A DNA stretch of 64,000 bases from Patescibacteria group bacterium (GCA_041653675.1 JBAZEY010000003.1:13284-77283); one strand, 5' to 3'; numbered from the stretch's first letter, positions 39,573-49,465 are shown. Notes: generated by a model not told the origin, from the letters alone. Translations and numbers: made by a program.

Positions 39573-42167
39573 TTATTTTTTACTCAAGACTTTTTTCAAA
39601 TATTGTCCGGTGTATGATTTTGGATTTTTTGCCAATTCTTCCGGCGTGCCGACTGCGATAAGTTGTCCGCCGGCGTCGCCGCCATCAGGCCCTAAATCAA
39701 TAACCCAATCTGCTGTTTTAATAAAATCCAAATTGTGCTCGATAACGATAACTGTATTGCCCAAACTAACCAAGCGATGTAAAACTTCCAGCAATTTTTC
39801 CACGTCAGCATAATGCAAGCCAACAGTCGGTTCATCCAAAATATAAATTGTTCGGCCGGTAGAACGCCGGGCGAGTTCAGCGCCAAGTTTAATTCTCTGA
39901 GCTTCGCCGCCGGATAAAGTCGTCGCGGCTTGTCCAAGCGTTAAATATTGCAAACCAACTTCGCGGAGAATTTTTAGCCGATCATAAACCGGAGGGATAT
40001 TTCGGAAAAATCCTTCAGCCTCTTCAATTGTCATTTGCAAAATGTCGTGGATATTTTTTTCTTTATATTTTATGGCTAAAGTTTCCCGATCAAAACGAGT
40101 TCCCTTGCAAACTGGACAGGTAACATAAACTGCCGGCAGAAAATGCATTTCAATTTTAATTAAACCGGCGCCTTCGCAATTTTCGCAGCGTCCGCCCGGC
40201 ACGTTAAAACTAAATCGTCCCGGTTGGTAGCCGCGGGCGCGGGATTCGGGCAATGCGGTGAAAAGTTCACGAATGTGCGTCCAGGCACCGGTATAAGTTA
40301 CCGGGTTGGAGCGCGGCGTGCGGCCGATAGGAGATTGATCAATCACAATAACTTTATCTAAATAATCTAATCCTTCAATCCGGGCATGTTTTCCGATTTT
40401 CCAATTGGTATGATTTAGTTTATTGGAAAGCTCTTTATAAAGAATGTCATTTACGAGTGTGCTTTTTCCAGAGCCAGAAACGCCCGTCACGCAAACAAAT
40501 CTTTTGAGCGGAATTCTAACATCAATATTTTTTAAATTATTTTCCGTCGCCCCGACAATTTTTAATTGGCCGGAAGAAAAATATTTATTTTTTTCGTCAA
40601 CGTGTCGGCGTTTTTCCGGAATTTTTATAAATTTATCACCGCGCAAATACGCCGCGGTCAGAGAATTTTTGTCTTGTAAAACATCGGGCATCGGGCCAGC
40701 AGCGACAATTTCTCCGCCGTGCGTTCCGGCGCCGGGGCCGAGGTCAACTAAATAATCAGCCATCCAAATTGTTTCCGGATCGTGTTCCACGACAATCACC
40801 GTATTACCGATGTCGCGCAAATTCGCGAGGGTCGCCAATAATTTTTCATTATCTTTGGGATGGAGACCAATGGTCGGTTCGTCCAAAATATAGAGCGCGC
40901 CAACTAAGCGCGAGCCAACTTGCGAAGCGAGACGAATGCGTTGGGCTTCACCGCCGGAAAGAGTGCCGGCCGTGCGGCCAAGCGTTAAATATCCCAAGCC
41001 AACATTTAACATAAATTCCAGCCGGTTCATTATTTCTTTTAAAACAGTTTCCGCAATTTCAAGCTCGGTGTCATTTAATTTTTGCGTGGCCGTTTTTGAT
41101 TTTTCTTTGCCAGCCAAGGCGGTAAAAAAATCGCGCGCCTCTTCAATAGACATTTTTGTCACTTCAACAATATTTTTTTTGCCAACCAAAACATGCAAAC
41201 TTTCTTTTCTTAGTCTGTCTCCGCCGCAATCAGGACAGGGTTTTTCTGAAAATAAAGATTCAATACCAAGCCCATGGCATGTTGGGCAGGCGCCATAAGG
41301 ACTGTTGAACGAAAAAAGTCGCGGTTCAATTTCCGGAAAAGAAAAACCATCATCCGGACAAGAATATTTGGAAGACATTACAATTTCGTCGCCATTATCT
41401 AAAATAACTGTCGCGACTCCCTCCCCATGCTTTAAGGCTGTTTCCATGGCTTCGGCCAAACGCGCGCGCAGACCTTTATTATTTTCGAGCGGCCAGCCGA
41501 GCGTGATTTTGTCCACGACTAAATCAATGTTGTGCTGCTTGTAGCGGGCAAGAACAATTTTATTTCTAAGTTCTCTAAATTTTCCATTGACGCGCACTTC
41601 AGAAAATCCATCGTTATATAGATTGTATAGCAATTGATAATATTCGCCCTTTCGGCCGCGAACAACCGGCGCAAGAATCGTAAGGTGGTCGCTAAATTTT
41701 GTCGTAGGATTTTTATCCTGTTCATGAATTTCCGAAGTTTTTTTCAAAATCAAATCAACCATTTCCTCAACAGTCATTTTTTTAATTTCTTTTCCGCAGA
41801 CTGGACAATATGGTTTGCCGACGCGCGCGAAAAGCACGCGGAGGTAATCGTAAATTTCCGTGATGGTCGCGACCGTGGAGCGGGGATTGGCGCTGTGGGC
41901 TTTTTGGTCAATAGAAATGGCCGGCGACAATCCTTCAATTTCATCAACATCGGGTTTATCCATCTGACCCAAAAATTGCCGGGCGTAAGCCGAGAGTGAT
42001 TCCACATAACGCCGTTGGCCTTCGGCAAAAATGGTATCAAAAGCCAGGCTGGATTTTCCTGAACCGGAAAGTCCGGTGAAGACCGTTAATTTGTTTCGCG
42101 GAATTTCGAGAGAAACATTTTTTAGGTTATGTTCTCGCGCGCCTTTTATAATTATTTTATCTTGCAT
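39573..42167 (-). CDS. uvrA: Excinuclease ABC subunit A (compact)
   Basis: Two ABC modules ([26 protein letters not shown]) and Zn fingers. Confidence 0.97.
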   Translation of the reverse strand: MQDKIIIKGAREHNLKNVSLEIPRNKLTVFTGLSGSGKSSLAFDTIFAEGQRRYVESLSAYARQFLGQMDKPDVDEIEGLSPAISIDQKAHSANPRSTVATITEIYDYLRVLFARVGKPYCPVCGKEIKKMTVEEMVDLILKKTSEIHEQDKNPTTKFSDHLTILAPVVRGRKGEYYQLLYNLYNDGFSEVRVNGKFRELRNKIVLARYKQHNIDLVVDKITLGWPLENNKGLRARLAEAMETALKHGEGVATVILDNGDEIVMSSKYSCPDDGFSFPEIEPRLFSFNSPYGACPTCHGLGIESLFSEKPCPDCGGDRLRKESLHVLVGKKNIVEVTKMSIEEARDFFTALAGKEKSKTATQKLNDTELEIAETVLKEIMNRLEFMLNVGLGYLTLGRTAGTLSGGEAQRIRLASQVGSRLVGALYILDEPTIGLHPKDNEKLLATLANLRDIGNTVIVVEHDPETIWMADYLVDLGPGAGTHGGEIVAAGPMPDVLQDKNSLTAAYLRGDKFIKIPEKRRHVDEKNKYFSSGQLKIVGATENNLKNIDVRIPLKRFVCVTGVSGSGKSTLVNDILYKELSNKLNHTNWKIGKHARIEGLDYLDKVIVIDQSPIGRTPRSNPVTYTGAWTHIRELFTALPESRARGYQPGRFSFNVPGGRCENCEGAGLIKIEMHFLPAVYVTCPVCKGTRFDRETLAIKYKEKNIHDILQMTIEEAEGFFRNIPPVYDRLKILREVGLQYLTLGQAATTLSGGEAQRIKLGAELARRSTGRTIYILDEPTVGLHYADVEKLLEVLHRLVSLGNTVIVIEHNLDFIKTADWVIDLGPDGGDAGGQLIAVGTPEELAKNPKSYTGQYLKKVLSKK

Positions 42168-42207
42168 ATATTGTTGACATTTTTTAATTTATTTGGAATA
42201 ATTTTGT

Positions 42208-42518
42208 TATACGGTTTTGGTTTGCCACTTCGGCGAACCACCGTCCGAGGAAAGAAGGAGGTGGGAAGAACGGAGATGGAGAAGCGGTTCTCGCGGTTCG
42301 GCCTGCTGGACAAGGGCCAAGCGACGGCGCAGTCGGCGTGATGCGGTGATCCCGCTGGAGGTGAATGTCGGGGCACCCCTGACACGGGACGGAATTTCGT
42401 CGGTCAGCGGCTAACGGCCGCAACAGAAATGTGAGCCGGCGGGAAATTCTGGCAGCTCCGCAAGTCAAACCTTTCCTATGGCCCCGGGACGTGCTTCGGC
42501 GCGTTTCGGGGTTTTTTT
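42208..42518 (+). other. GC-rich antisense transcription unit between uvrB and uvrA (structured RNA, possible 21-aa peptide 42276-42341)
   Basis: TTGACA-17-AATAAT (42174-42202); several hairpins; terminator gccccgggacgtgc-ttcg-gcgcgtttcggggt-tttttt overlapping the uvrB 3' end. Confidence 0.55.
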
Positions 42519-44500
42519 AATTCTTTAATTTCATCCCGTAGTAATGCCGCCAGTTCGAATTCAAGCGCTTGCGCCGCGGCCTTCATTTGTCCTTCCTTCT
42601 CTTTTATAATTTCTTCAATATTTTTTCCTTTTTCGCCGATAACATCCAGATCCAAAATATTTTTAACTTTTTCTTTTGAAATTTCTTCGCCGACAATATC
42701 TTTTATTTTCTTTTGGATCGTCTTCGGAGTGATGCCGTGTTTTTTGTTATATTCCGTTTGTCTTTTTCTTCGGCGTTCGGTTTCGTTGATGGCGCGTTCC
42801 ATTGAGCCAGTCATTTGATCGGCATAAAGGATAACTTGGCCGCGAACATTGCGGGCTGCTCGCCCGATTGTCTGGATGAGTGAAGTTTCACTTCGCAAAA
42901 ATCCTTCTTTATCCGCGTCTAAAATTGCGACAAGCGTCACTTCCGGTAAATCCAGTCCTTCGCGCAATAAATTCACACCAACTAAAATATCAAATTTTCC
43001 TCGGCGGAATTCAGTCAAAATTTTTATCCGGTCCAATGTTTGCACTTCGCTATGAATATAATTAACTTTGAATTTTTTCTCCGCGAGATATTCGCTTAAA
43101 TCCTCGGCCATTTTTTTGGTTAGAGTTGTGACAAGGACGCGTTCGTTTCGTTTCACGCGATCGGCGATTCGTTCCATCAAATCATCAACCTGGGATTTTT
43201 CATCTTTGTTTTTTGGTGTGATAGGTTTAACAATAATTTCCGGGTCAATAAGGCCGGTTGGCCGGATTATTTGCTCAACGATTTGTCCACTTTTAGTTAA
43301 TTCATAATCAGCCGGCGTGGCTGAAGTATAAATTGTCTGTGGCACTCTTTTTTCAAATTCACTAAATTTCAGCGGCCGGTTGTCGGCGGCGGAAGGCAGG
43401 CGAAAACCAAAATCAACCAACGCCCGTTTCCGCGAAGCATCGCCTTCGTACATTCCGGAAAGCTGCGGCACGGTGACGTGTGATTCATCAATTACCATTA
43501 ACCAATCCTTATTTTTTCCAAAATAATCGAGCAAAGTTTCTGGCGGTTCGCCCGCGGCGCGGCCAGAAAGATGCCGTGAGTAATTTTCAATTCCGTGGCA
43601 GTAGCCGACCTCTTTAATCATTTCCAAATCATAATTTGTCCGACGTTCCAATCTTTCCGCTTCAAGCAATTTTCCATTTTTATTAAAATATTCCAAGCGG
43701 TCTTTTAATTCCGCTTTGATAGTTTTGAAAGCTCGTTCGCGTTCCGGGCCGAGGGTGACAAAATGTTTGGCTGGAAAAATCCAGACGTCGGTCGGTTCAT
43801 CTTTTATTTTTCTTGTCACCGGATCAATAGCAAAAATTTTCACGATTTTTTGTGCGCTTGATTCCACTCGATAAATAATTTCTTGGTTCACGGGCATTAT
43901 TTCTAAAGTTTCGCCACGCAAACGAAACTCGCCACGCTTTAAATCGGAATTTGTCCGATTGAATTGCATGGTGATGAGTTGGCTTAACAAATCAGTGCGG
44001 GTGATAACTTGATCTTTGGCCAAATGTAAAACTATTTTTTGATAAGTTTCCGGAGCACCCAAGCCGTAAATGCAAGAAACCGAAGCGACAATAATCACGT
44101 CGCGTCGTGTTAAAAGCGCCTGGGTCGCGGCGTGGCGGAGGCGATCGATCTCATCATTGATCATCGCTTCTTTTTCAATATAAGTGTCGGTCCGCGGCAA
44201 GTATGCTTCGGGCTGGTAGTAATCATAATAAGAAACAAAATATTCCACGGCATTGTCCGGAAAAAATTCGCGGAATTCATTGCAAAGTTGCGCCGCCAAA
44301 GTTTTGTTGTGAGCAATAACGAGCGTGGGTTTATTGATTTTCGCGATAACATTCGCCACGGTAAAAGTTTTTCCTGAACCAGTGACACCCAAAAGTGTTT
44401 GATGGGCGTGATTTTTTTTCAAACCATTAACAAGTTCGGCGATTGCTTTGGGCTGATCGCCGGCGGGTTTAAATTTTGATTTTAATTTGAATTTGTCCAT
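42476..44500 (-). CDS. uvrB: Excinuclease ABC subunit B
   Basis: GVTGSGKT, YYDYYQPEAY, DESH, LLREGLDLPEV, C-terminal UVR. Confidence 0.97.
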   Translation of the reverse strand: MDKFKLKSKFKPAGDQPKAIAELVNGLKKNHAHQTLLGVTGSGKTFTVANVIAKINKPTLVIAHNKTLAAQLCNEFREFFPDNAVEYFVSYYDYYQPEAYLPRTDTYIEKEAMINDEIDRLRHAATQALLTRRDVIIVASVSCIYGLGAPETYQKIVLHLAKDQVITRTDLLSQLITMQFNRTNSDLKRGEFRLRGETLEIMPVNQEIIYRVESSAQKIVKIFAIDPVTRKIKDEPTDVWIFPAKHFVTLGPERERAFKTIKAELKDRLEYFNKNGKLLEAERLERRTNYDLEMIKEVGYCHGIENYSRHLSGRAAGEPPETLLDYFGKNKDWLMVIDESHVTVPQLSGMYEGDASRKRALVDFGFRLPSAADNRPLKFSEFEKRVPQTIYTSATPADYELTKSGQIVEQIIRPTGLIDPEIIVKPITPKNKDEKSQVDDLMERIADRVKRNERVLVTTLTKKMAEDLSEYLAEKKFKVNYIHSEVQTLDRIKILTEFRRGKFDILVGVNLLREGLDLPEVTLVAILDADKEGFLRSETSLIQTIGRAARNVRGQVILYADQMTGSMERAINETERRRKRQTEYNKKHGITPKTIQKKIKDIVGEEISKEKVKNILDLDVIGEKGKNIEEIIKEKEGQMKAAAQALEFELAALLRDEIKELKKPRNAPKHVPGP

Positions 44501-44594
44501 ATACGCAAAAAATCCCCCAAGATTCCTCCTCGCTGGGAGGAGTGGGGCGCGTCTGTAAAGAAACGGCTGTCTAGCCGTTTGTTATTGTGAAGCC

Positions 44595-44659
44595 ATCATA
44601 ACATGGACTGAGCCTATTGTCAACTCGTACTTGACAAATGATATTTTCTGGCCTAAGAT
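44595..44659. promoter_or_regulatory. Back-to-back sigma70 promoters (uvrB on minus; cNMP gene on plus)
   Basis: Minus TTGACA-17-TATGAT (44623-44595); plus TTGACA-17-TAAGAT (44631-44659). Confidence 0.7.
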
Positions 44660-44700
44660 GGGTAATCACGAACAAAAAGGGAGGGAAGGGAGGACTGATC

Positions 44701-45555
44701 GTGAGTGAAGAAACGAATGGTTGCCAGGGTAGTGAGCCCGTGGTCGAGGACAGATCTGAAAATTGCGTCCCTGGCGTCGAAGAAGACGGGGGAAGCAGCG
44801 AAAGGCAGTGCGATACTCTTGAGGGTTTGACGCAGTCGAAGGCGCTTGCCGCTTTTCTCGGGCAGCTCAAGATTGTGGAGATCCCTCCGGGCGGACGCCT
44901 TTACCAAGAAGGCGACCTCATCTCGCAAGTCTGCTACATCGTGAGCGGCAGGGTCGAAGTCAAGGCGACCGGTGAATTGATCGCCACAGTAGAAAAGGGC
45001 GAGCTGCTTGGGCTGGAAGAATTTCGTTACCGCAAGGAGAGCCCGAAATATACCCAAGAAGCGGTAGCTGTTCTGCCAACCTCGGTTGTCTGGCTGGATA
45101 ACGAAGGCCTAAGGACAGTCTTGGACTTGAACGCGGATTGTTTGGCGGCCTACGTTCGGCTACAGGCCAGAGTGAAGAGGGCGATCGAAAAGAAGCTCGG
45201 CCAGCTCAAGATAGACAAGAGCAAGCTGGAGGTTAGGGTTGCCCGACTGGGGGTAGCTTTGGGAGCAACCCAGGAGCAGCTCGTCAAGCTGCAAAAGCCG
45301 CCGCAGCCGCCTCCACCGCCGCGCAAACCTCTTCCATCAACAGCACTTCTTGGAAAGTTGGATGAAGCGCGTCGGGTTATTCGCGAGATGGGCCAGCTTT
45401 TCGTCGCGAGGGCCACAAACCTCAAGAAACTGCTCGTGGCTTTGCACGAGTTCGCCACGAAACATCCAGACTGGGCCAAACAGGAGGATTTCGTCGCGTT
45501 CAAGAAGAGCTTCGAAGGGCTTGTAGAACGTGATTCTCAATTCAAGGTGCCGTGA
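44701..45555 (+). CDS. GC-rich cyclic-nucleotide-binding domain protein with coiled coil and poly-Pro linker
   Basis: GGRLYQEGD…YIVSGRVEV…GELLGL (cNMP fold); KPPQPPPPPRKP; ggagga SD with GTG; terminator gccggacac…gtgtccggc. Confidence 0.7.
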   Translation: MSEETNGCQGSEPVVEDRSENCVPGVEEDGGSSERQCDTLEGLTQSKALAAFLGQLKIVEIPPGGRLYQEGDLISQVCYIVSGRVEVKATGELIATVEKGELLGLEEFRYRKESPKYTQEAVAVLPTSVVWLDNEGLRTVLDLNADCLAAYVRLQARVKRAIEKKLGQLKIDKSKLEVRVARLGVALGATQEQLVKLQKPPQPPPPPRKPLPSTALLGKLDEARRVIREMGQLFVARATNLKKLLVALHEFATKHPDWAKQEDFVAFKKSFEGLVERDSQFKVP

Positions 45556-45693
45556 AGCGGCACGAGCCGGACACTTTCAAGAGGTGTCCGGCATTTTATT
45601 TTATAACTTAATTATTAAATTTTTATAAAAAAATTCTGCCGCGGCTTGTGGCTTTGGCAGAATGGTGAAAACGATGGCGGCTGCTCGAGTTCG

Positions 45694-46449
45694 TTACCCG
45701 CAGCCGATTGGCGGGCACTTCACGGCAGTCCAGATTCCGAGGTTGTCGCCACTTGGCGAAACGATCGCTTCGCCCGTGACGTGCGTCTCGTCCGTAAAAT
45801 GGCCGACGTAACTTGTGCTGCCCGACGAGAAATTGATTTGCCGGCCATGGATCGTTGGCTCGTAGTAACTCGAGATGGCAGTAATGTCTCGGCCAGTTTG
45901 GCTGGCGTAGACGGCGACCGGAAAGGGGAAAGTTGCCCCGCTTAGTTCCCAGGCGCCTTCAGCGTTGATGACACTTTTCACGATGTGCGGCGCACTGCAG
46001 ACTTCCGGTTGGCAATCAACACAGCCTGCATCAATCGCCTCGCAGTCGTTCGTCACGCAAGCTGTGACAGTAGCCTCTGGTTCTGTATCACCGCCGAGGT
46101 CAAGAATGTCAGCCGTGGTTTGGACGAGCGTCATGGCTTCTCGCCGCGTTTCGATTGACGCTTCAATGGGTGCGAGACTCACAAGCGACGAATCGGAAAC
46201 GCGCCACTCCACGTCCTTGATCAGGATTCCATCGGAATTGTAGACGTAGGCGTGGAGTTTGTAGGCGTCGGCGTTCGTGGTGTCGCCGGTTGGCACGGGA
46301 GAAACGTTGGCTTCCGTGCTCGGAGTGCAATCCGAGACGATCGCCACAGCCATGGCGACACTCGAGTCGTTGGGACAGCGTTCGATGAACTCGTTCCGGC
46401 AGCCGAGCGCCATCACGAAAAGAACCGCAATCATCATCTTCGTTTTCAT
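45694..46449 (-). CDS. GC-rich putative lipoprotein
   Basis: aaggagg SD; MKTK…MALG|C lipobox; Cys-rich; terminator at ~45628-45664. Confidence 0.65.
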   Translation of the reverse strand: MKTKMMIAVLFVMALGCRNEFIERCPNDSSVAMAVAIVSDCTPSTEANVSPVPTGDTTNADAYKLHAYVYNSDGILIKDVEWRVSDSSLVSLAPIEASIETRREAMTLVQTTADILDLGGDTEPEATVTACVTNDCEAIDAGCVDCQPEVCSAPHIVKSVINAEGAWELSGATFPFPVAVYASQTGRDITAISSYYEPTIHGRQINFSSGSTSYVGHFTDETHVTGEAIVSPSGDNLGIWTAVKCPPIGCG

Positions 46450-46511
46450 CTGTATCCTCCTTACTGATTTTATTTTAACAAACTAAAAATAAATTTCAAA
46501 ATTTATAAAAT

Positions 46512-47192
46512 AAAAAAAGGGGCTTCCGCGCGGCGTTACGAAACACCTTGCGGAAGCCCTTGGTCCCTTGGGAGTTATCCTCCAGATTTCTCCTTTGAAT
46601 CTCTCCCGGGAGTCCTTGGTCAGGCGCCCTTGCCCAACCTCATCGGGGAGTTAACCCCGTCTGGTAGCCCGTTTTTTCCCATCGGGCTCGGGGCGGCATT
46701 TTTAGACCGGAGTGACTGACATGCTAGCCAGCACGCGATCTTAACGAGGTAACCGCCGCTTTTCACTGCGTTTACGGCGCCGCGCTTGTGACGGCGATTG
46801 CAGCACCCCGACGGGTCTGCTGATTCTGGTCTTGGGGCGCATTCCATTTTGTCCCCAAAACTCTGGTTGCCCGTCCACCAGGGATCAGACGATTTATATT
46901 GCCGCGCCGTCTGCCAGGGCGCTTTAACCCTCCGCTCTGATCTCCTTCCCTTGGTAGCGAAGATGTGGAGCCGCCGGTTATCTACCTCAATCGAAGCACG
47001 GCTCCGATCGCGCCGTTTTGCGGGCACTGGTTATCTCCGAGCTCAAACCAATCCCGCCCCCGGGTAGACGAATTTATGTCCGCGCCAGCCTACCTTTGGC
47101 GCTCTGCCGATACATCCCCGTGCCACCACCTCCTTCTGTGAAGAAAAACAAATTATTTATTTATCTTCATAGAAGGAAATAGGCGCAGAGAA
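46512..47192 (-). ncRNA. Candidate large (~680 nt) ornate structured ncRNA
   Basis: Minus promoter TTGACA-17-TAACCT (47227-47199); more than 12 visible helices with G:U pairs favouring the minus strand; terminal agggcttccgc…gcggaagccc + T7. Confidence 0.6.
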
Positions 47193-47291
47193 TTTTTAAG
47201 GTTAGTATAGATCTATTTTTTTGTCAAGAGTTTCGGAAAAAACAAAGAAAGGCCACTTGGCCCTCCTTGTTAATATATTTTAATATTAACT

Positions 47292-47408
47292 TTAAGAACA
47301 GCAGGAACAGCCTTTTAATCTCTTCGTGTGCTTCCGCAATTCTTTGCCCTTTTTGGTATTTTTAAGAGCGTGTTTTGTTCTGGCTTTCGCCGCGCTATTT
47401 TGTCCCAT
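47292..47408 (-). CDS. Small basic protein (38 aa) MGQNSAAKARTKHALKNTKKGKELRKHTKRLKGCSCCS
   Basis: Own promoter TTGACG-17-CAAAAT (47467-47439) and terminator (aggagggccaagtggcctttcttt). Below the ORF-track cut-off. Confidence 0.55.
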   Translation of the reverse strand: MGQNSAAKARTKHALKNTKKGKELRKHTKRLKGCSCCS

Positions 47409-47532
47409 ATTATTTAACTATTAATGATTTAATGAATTAATTTTGTCATATTGTCGGTAAGTCGTCAACTCCATTGATTTTTTACGCTAAATTTTGTATA
47501 ATTAAAGACAAACTAATTAATAAATTTAAACT

Positions 47533-48297
47533 ATGGAAAACGCTTTAATTACGATAGGCATAATCGTGGTGGCGATTATTTTAGCTTCCATCCGCCAGGT
47601 CAACCAATACCAGCGGGGAGTGAAGTTCACGATGGGGCGATATTCTGGAATTATGGCGCCGGGTTGGCGTTTGGTGATTCCCGTTTTTCAAACCGCTAGA
47701 AAAGTTGATATGAGAATCAAAGCGGTTGATGTTCCGGATCAAGAAGCGATTACTAAAGACAACATTTCTGTTCGCGTGAACGCCGTGATTTATTACAAAG
47801 TCCGCGACGCGAATCAAGTAATTATTGAAGTAGAAGATTTTGGTTATGCCACTTCTCAACTTGCCCAGACGACGATGAGAAACGTGGTCGGCGAAGTAAA
47901 TCTCGATGAGTTACTTTCAAGCCGCGAAGCCATTGCCGAGAAAATTAGAGAAATTGTTGATAAGGCCACAGACGCCTGGGGTATCGAAGTTCATTCCGTG
48001 GAATTGAAAGACGTGACTTTGCCGGAAGAAATGAAACGGGTCATTGGCAAACAGGCCGAGGCAGAAAGAGAAAAGAGATCAGTAATTATTAAGGCTGAAG
48101 GCGAAGTAATTGCCGCGGAAAATTTGGCCAAAGCCGCGAATACTCTAGCAACTTCCGACGGTGCGTTGCATCTTCGAACCTTAAGCACGATCAATGATGT
48201 AAGTTCTGACCAATCCAACACAATTGTTTTTGCTATACCGCTTGAAATTTTGAGAGCGTTTGAGAGGATAGGAAAAAAAGATAAAGATCAGGCGTAA
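47533..48297 (+). CDS. SPFH/band-7 (slipin/stomatin) protein
   Basis: ITKDNISVRVNAV, AQTTMRNVVG, WGIEV, QAEAEREKR. Confidence 0.92.
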   Translation: MENALITIGIIVVAIILASIRQVNQYQRGVKFTMGRYSGIMAPGWRLVIPVFQTARKVDMRIKAVDVPDQEAITKDNISVRVNAVIYYKVRDANQVIIEVEDFGYATSQLAQTTMRNVVGEVNLDELLSSREAIAEKIREIVDKATDAWGIEVHSVELKDVTLPEEMKRVIGKQAEAEREKRSVIIKAEGEVIAAENLAKAANTLATSDGALHLRTLSTINDVSSDQSNTIVFAIPLEILRAFERIGKKDKDQA

Positions 48298-48389
48298 AAA
48301 TTTTTAGAAATAAAAGGTAGCCCCACGAAGGCTGCTTTTTATTTTGCAAAAGATATTGACAAAAAGAGTCGGAGGTGTTAAAACAAAAA

Positions 48390-48549
48390 CGGTGAGGCGA
48401 CTGTGTCCTTGGCTTACTACGTAAGACCGGGGCGGTCGAGGACCAAGCCGCGCGCGGCTAACTCACGAGGGCGGATCGGATGTGGTCCCGCGACTCCTCC
48501 ACGACGGGGTGTGCAGTTCTAGACAACCTGCCCCCCGTCACTTTTTTTT
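48390..48549 (+). ncRNA. Candidate ~160-nt GC-rich structured ncRNA
   Basis: TTGACA-17-TAAAAC (48356-48384); nested hairpins; terminator gacgggg…ccccgtc-a-c-T-tract; no ORF with SD. Confidence 0.5.
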
Positions 48550-48595
48550 ATCAAAAAAACGCTCCGATCACCTCGGGGCGTTTTTGTTTAAAAAT

Positions 48596-49012
48596 TTATT
48601 TTATTCCGCGTTCGTTAAAAAAATCAGTGTAGTGTTTGTCTAGAGAAATGACGTGGCGCAAAAGCCAGTCTATGGCAAAATCGGAAAGATCGTGGGCGAT
48701 TTTTTTTACGTCCGCGTTCGGACTTTGCGCTTTGGCTAAAAATTCTTTTATTGTTTCACGATAGCGATTATGTTCGGCAACGTGAAGTTCTTGCTCGGGA
48801 AATTTATATGCTTCAAAATAAGTTTCTTCAGAGGAAAAGTGGAGTGAGGCGTAATTGCTAAACTCAATTAAGCTCATTAAGATTTTTTCCTGACTGACCC
48901 CGTCCTGAATAGAGAGGACATCAATCTGATTTGCGAGATCGATATAACGTTTGTGTTGGTCGTCAAAAGTTTTTACGCCGACGCTGTAATTTTCGTTCCA
49001 AATAAAAGGCAT
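48596..49012 (-). CDS. Bacteriohemerythrin
   Basis: W…YSVGV…DDQH, HFSSEE, HVAEH, WLLRHVISLD. Confidence 0.9.
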   Translation of the reverse strand: MPFIWNENYSVGVKTFDDQHKRYIDLANQIDVLSIQDGVSQEKILMSLIEFSNYASLHFSSEETYFEAYKFPEQELHVAEHNRYRETIKEFLAKAQSPNADVKKIAHDLSDFAIDWLLRHVISLDKHYTDFFNERGIK

Positions 49013-49192
49013 ATTTTTAAAATAAAGTTTTATTATCAAGCGAGCGATGATAACATGAAGTATTGATTAAAATTTATCACTTTATATATTTTTTGTAAAT
49101 AAAAAAACCTTGACAAATTTTTAGAAAAATATTATTGTTTATAGTCCGAATTGGTTTTGGCACGCAACCCATTCCTGGAGAAGGAGGAGAGG

Positions 49193-49465
49193 ATGGACAA
49201 GAGGTTCACGGATCTGACGCGCGAGGGAAGGATTCGACTGAGGGACTTCCTCCTGGCGCACGCCGAGAAGGGCGAGGAGGTCGTCGCGATCAAGGAGGTA
49301 CCGGTCGAAGGGAGGGCGCGTGTGGCCTTCGAGGAAGGCGAGCTCATCTGCGTTTCCCCCGTCTTCGTGGTCGAGGCGACCAAGAAGGAGATCTGGGTGT
49401 GCCACGCGTGGGACACCGAAGGGATTGTCCTCTGCCCCGATTACCCCTGCATCGTGCGGGTGTAG
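49193..49465 (+). CDS. GC-rich ORFan (90 aa)
   Basis: TTGACA-17-TATTGT (49110-49138); aaggagg; 38/60 G+C in 49321-49380; terminator ggccacc…ggtggcc-ttattttt. Confidence 0.6.
   Translation: MDKRFTDLTREGRIRLRDFLLAHAEKGEEVVAIKEVPVEGRARVAFEEGELICVSPVFVVEATKKEIWVCHAWDTEGIVLCPDYPCIVRV

Noticed and set aside
46620-47067. ORFs 46620..47027 (-) and 46798..47067 (+) as proteins
   Set aside because: No SD or recognisable motifs; better explained as chance frames in a GC-rich structured RNA.
46512-47192. tmRNA, RNase P or group I/II intron identity
   Set aside because: No tRNA-like ends with CCA, no GAGGAAAGUCC, no GUGCG/domain V motif seen, and no interrupted host gene. A covariance search is still needed.
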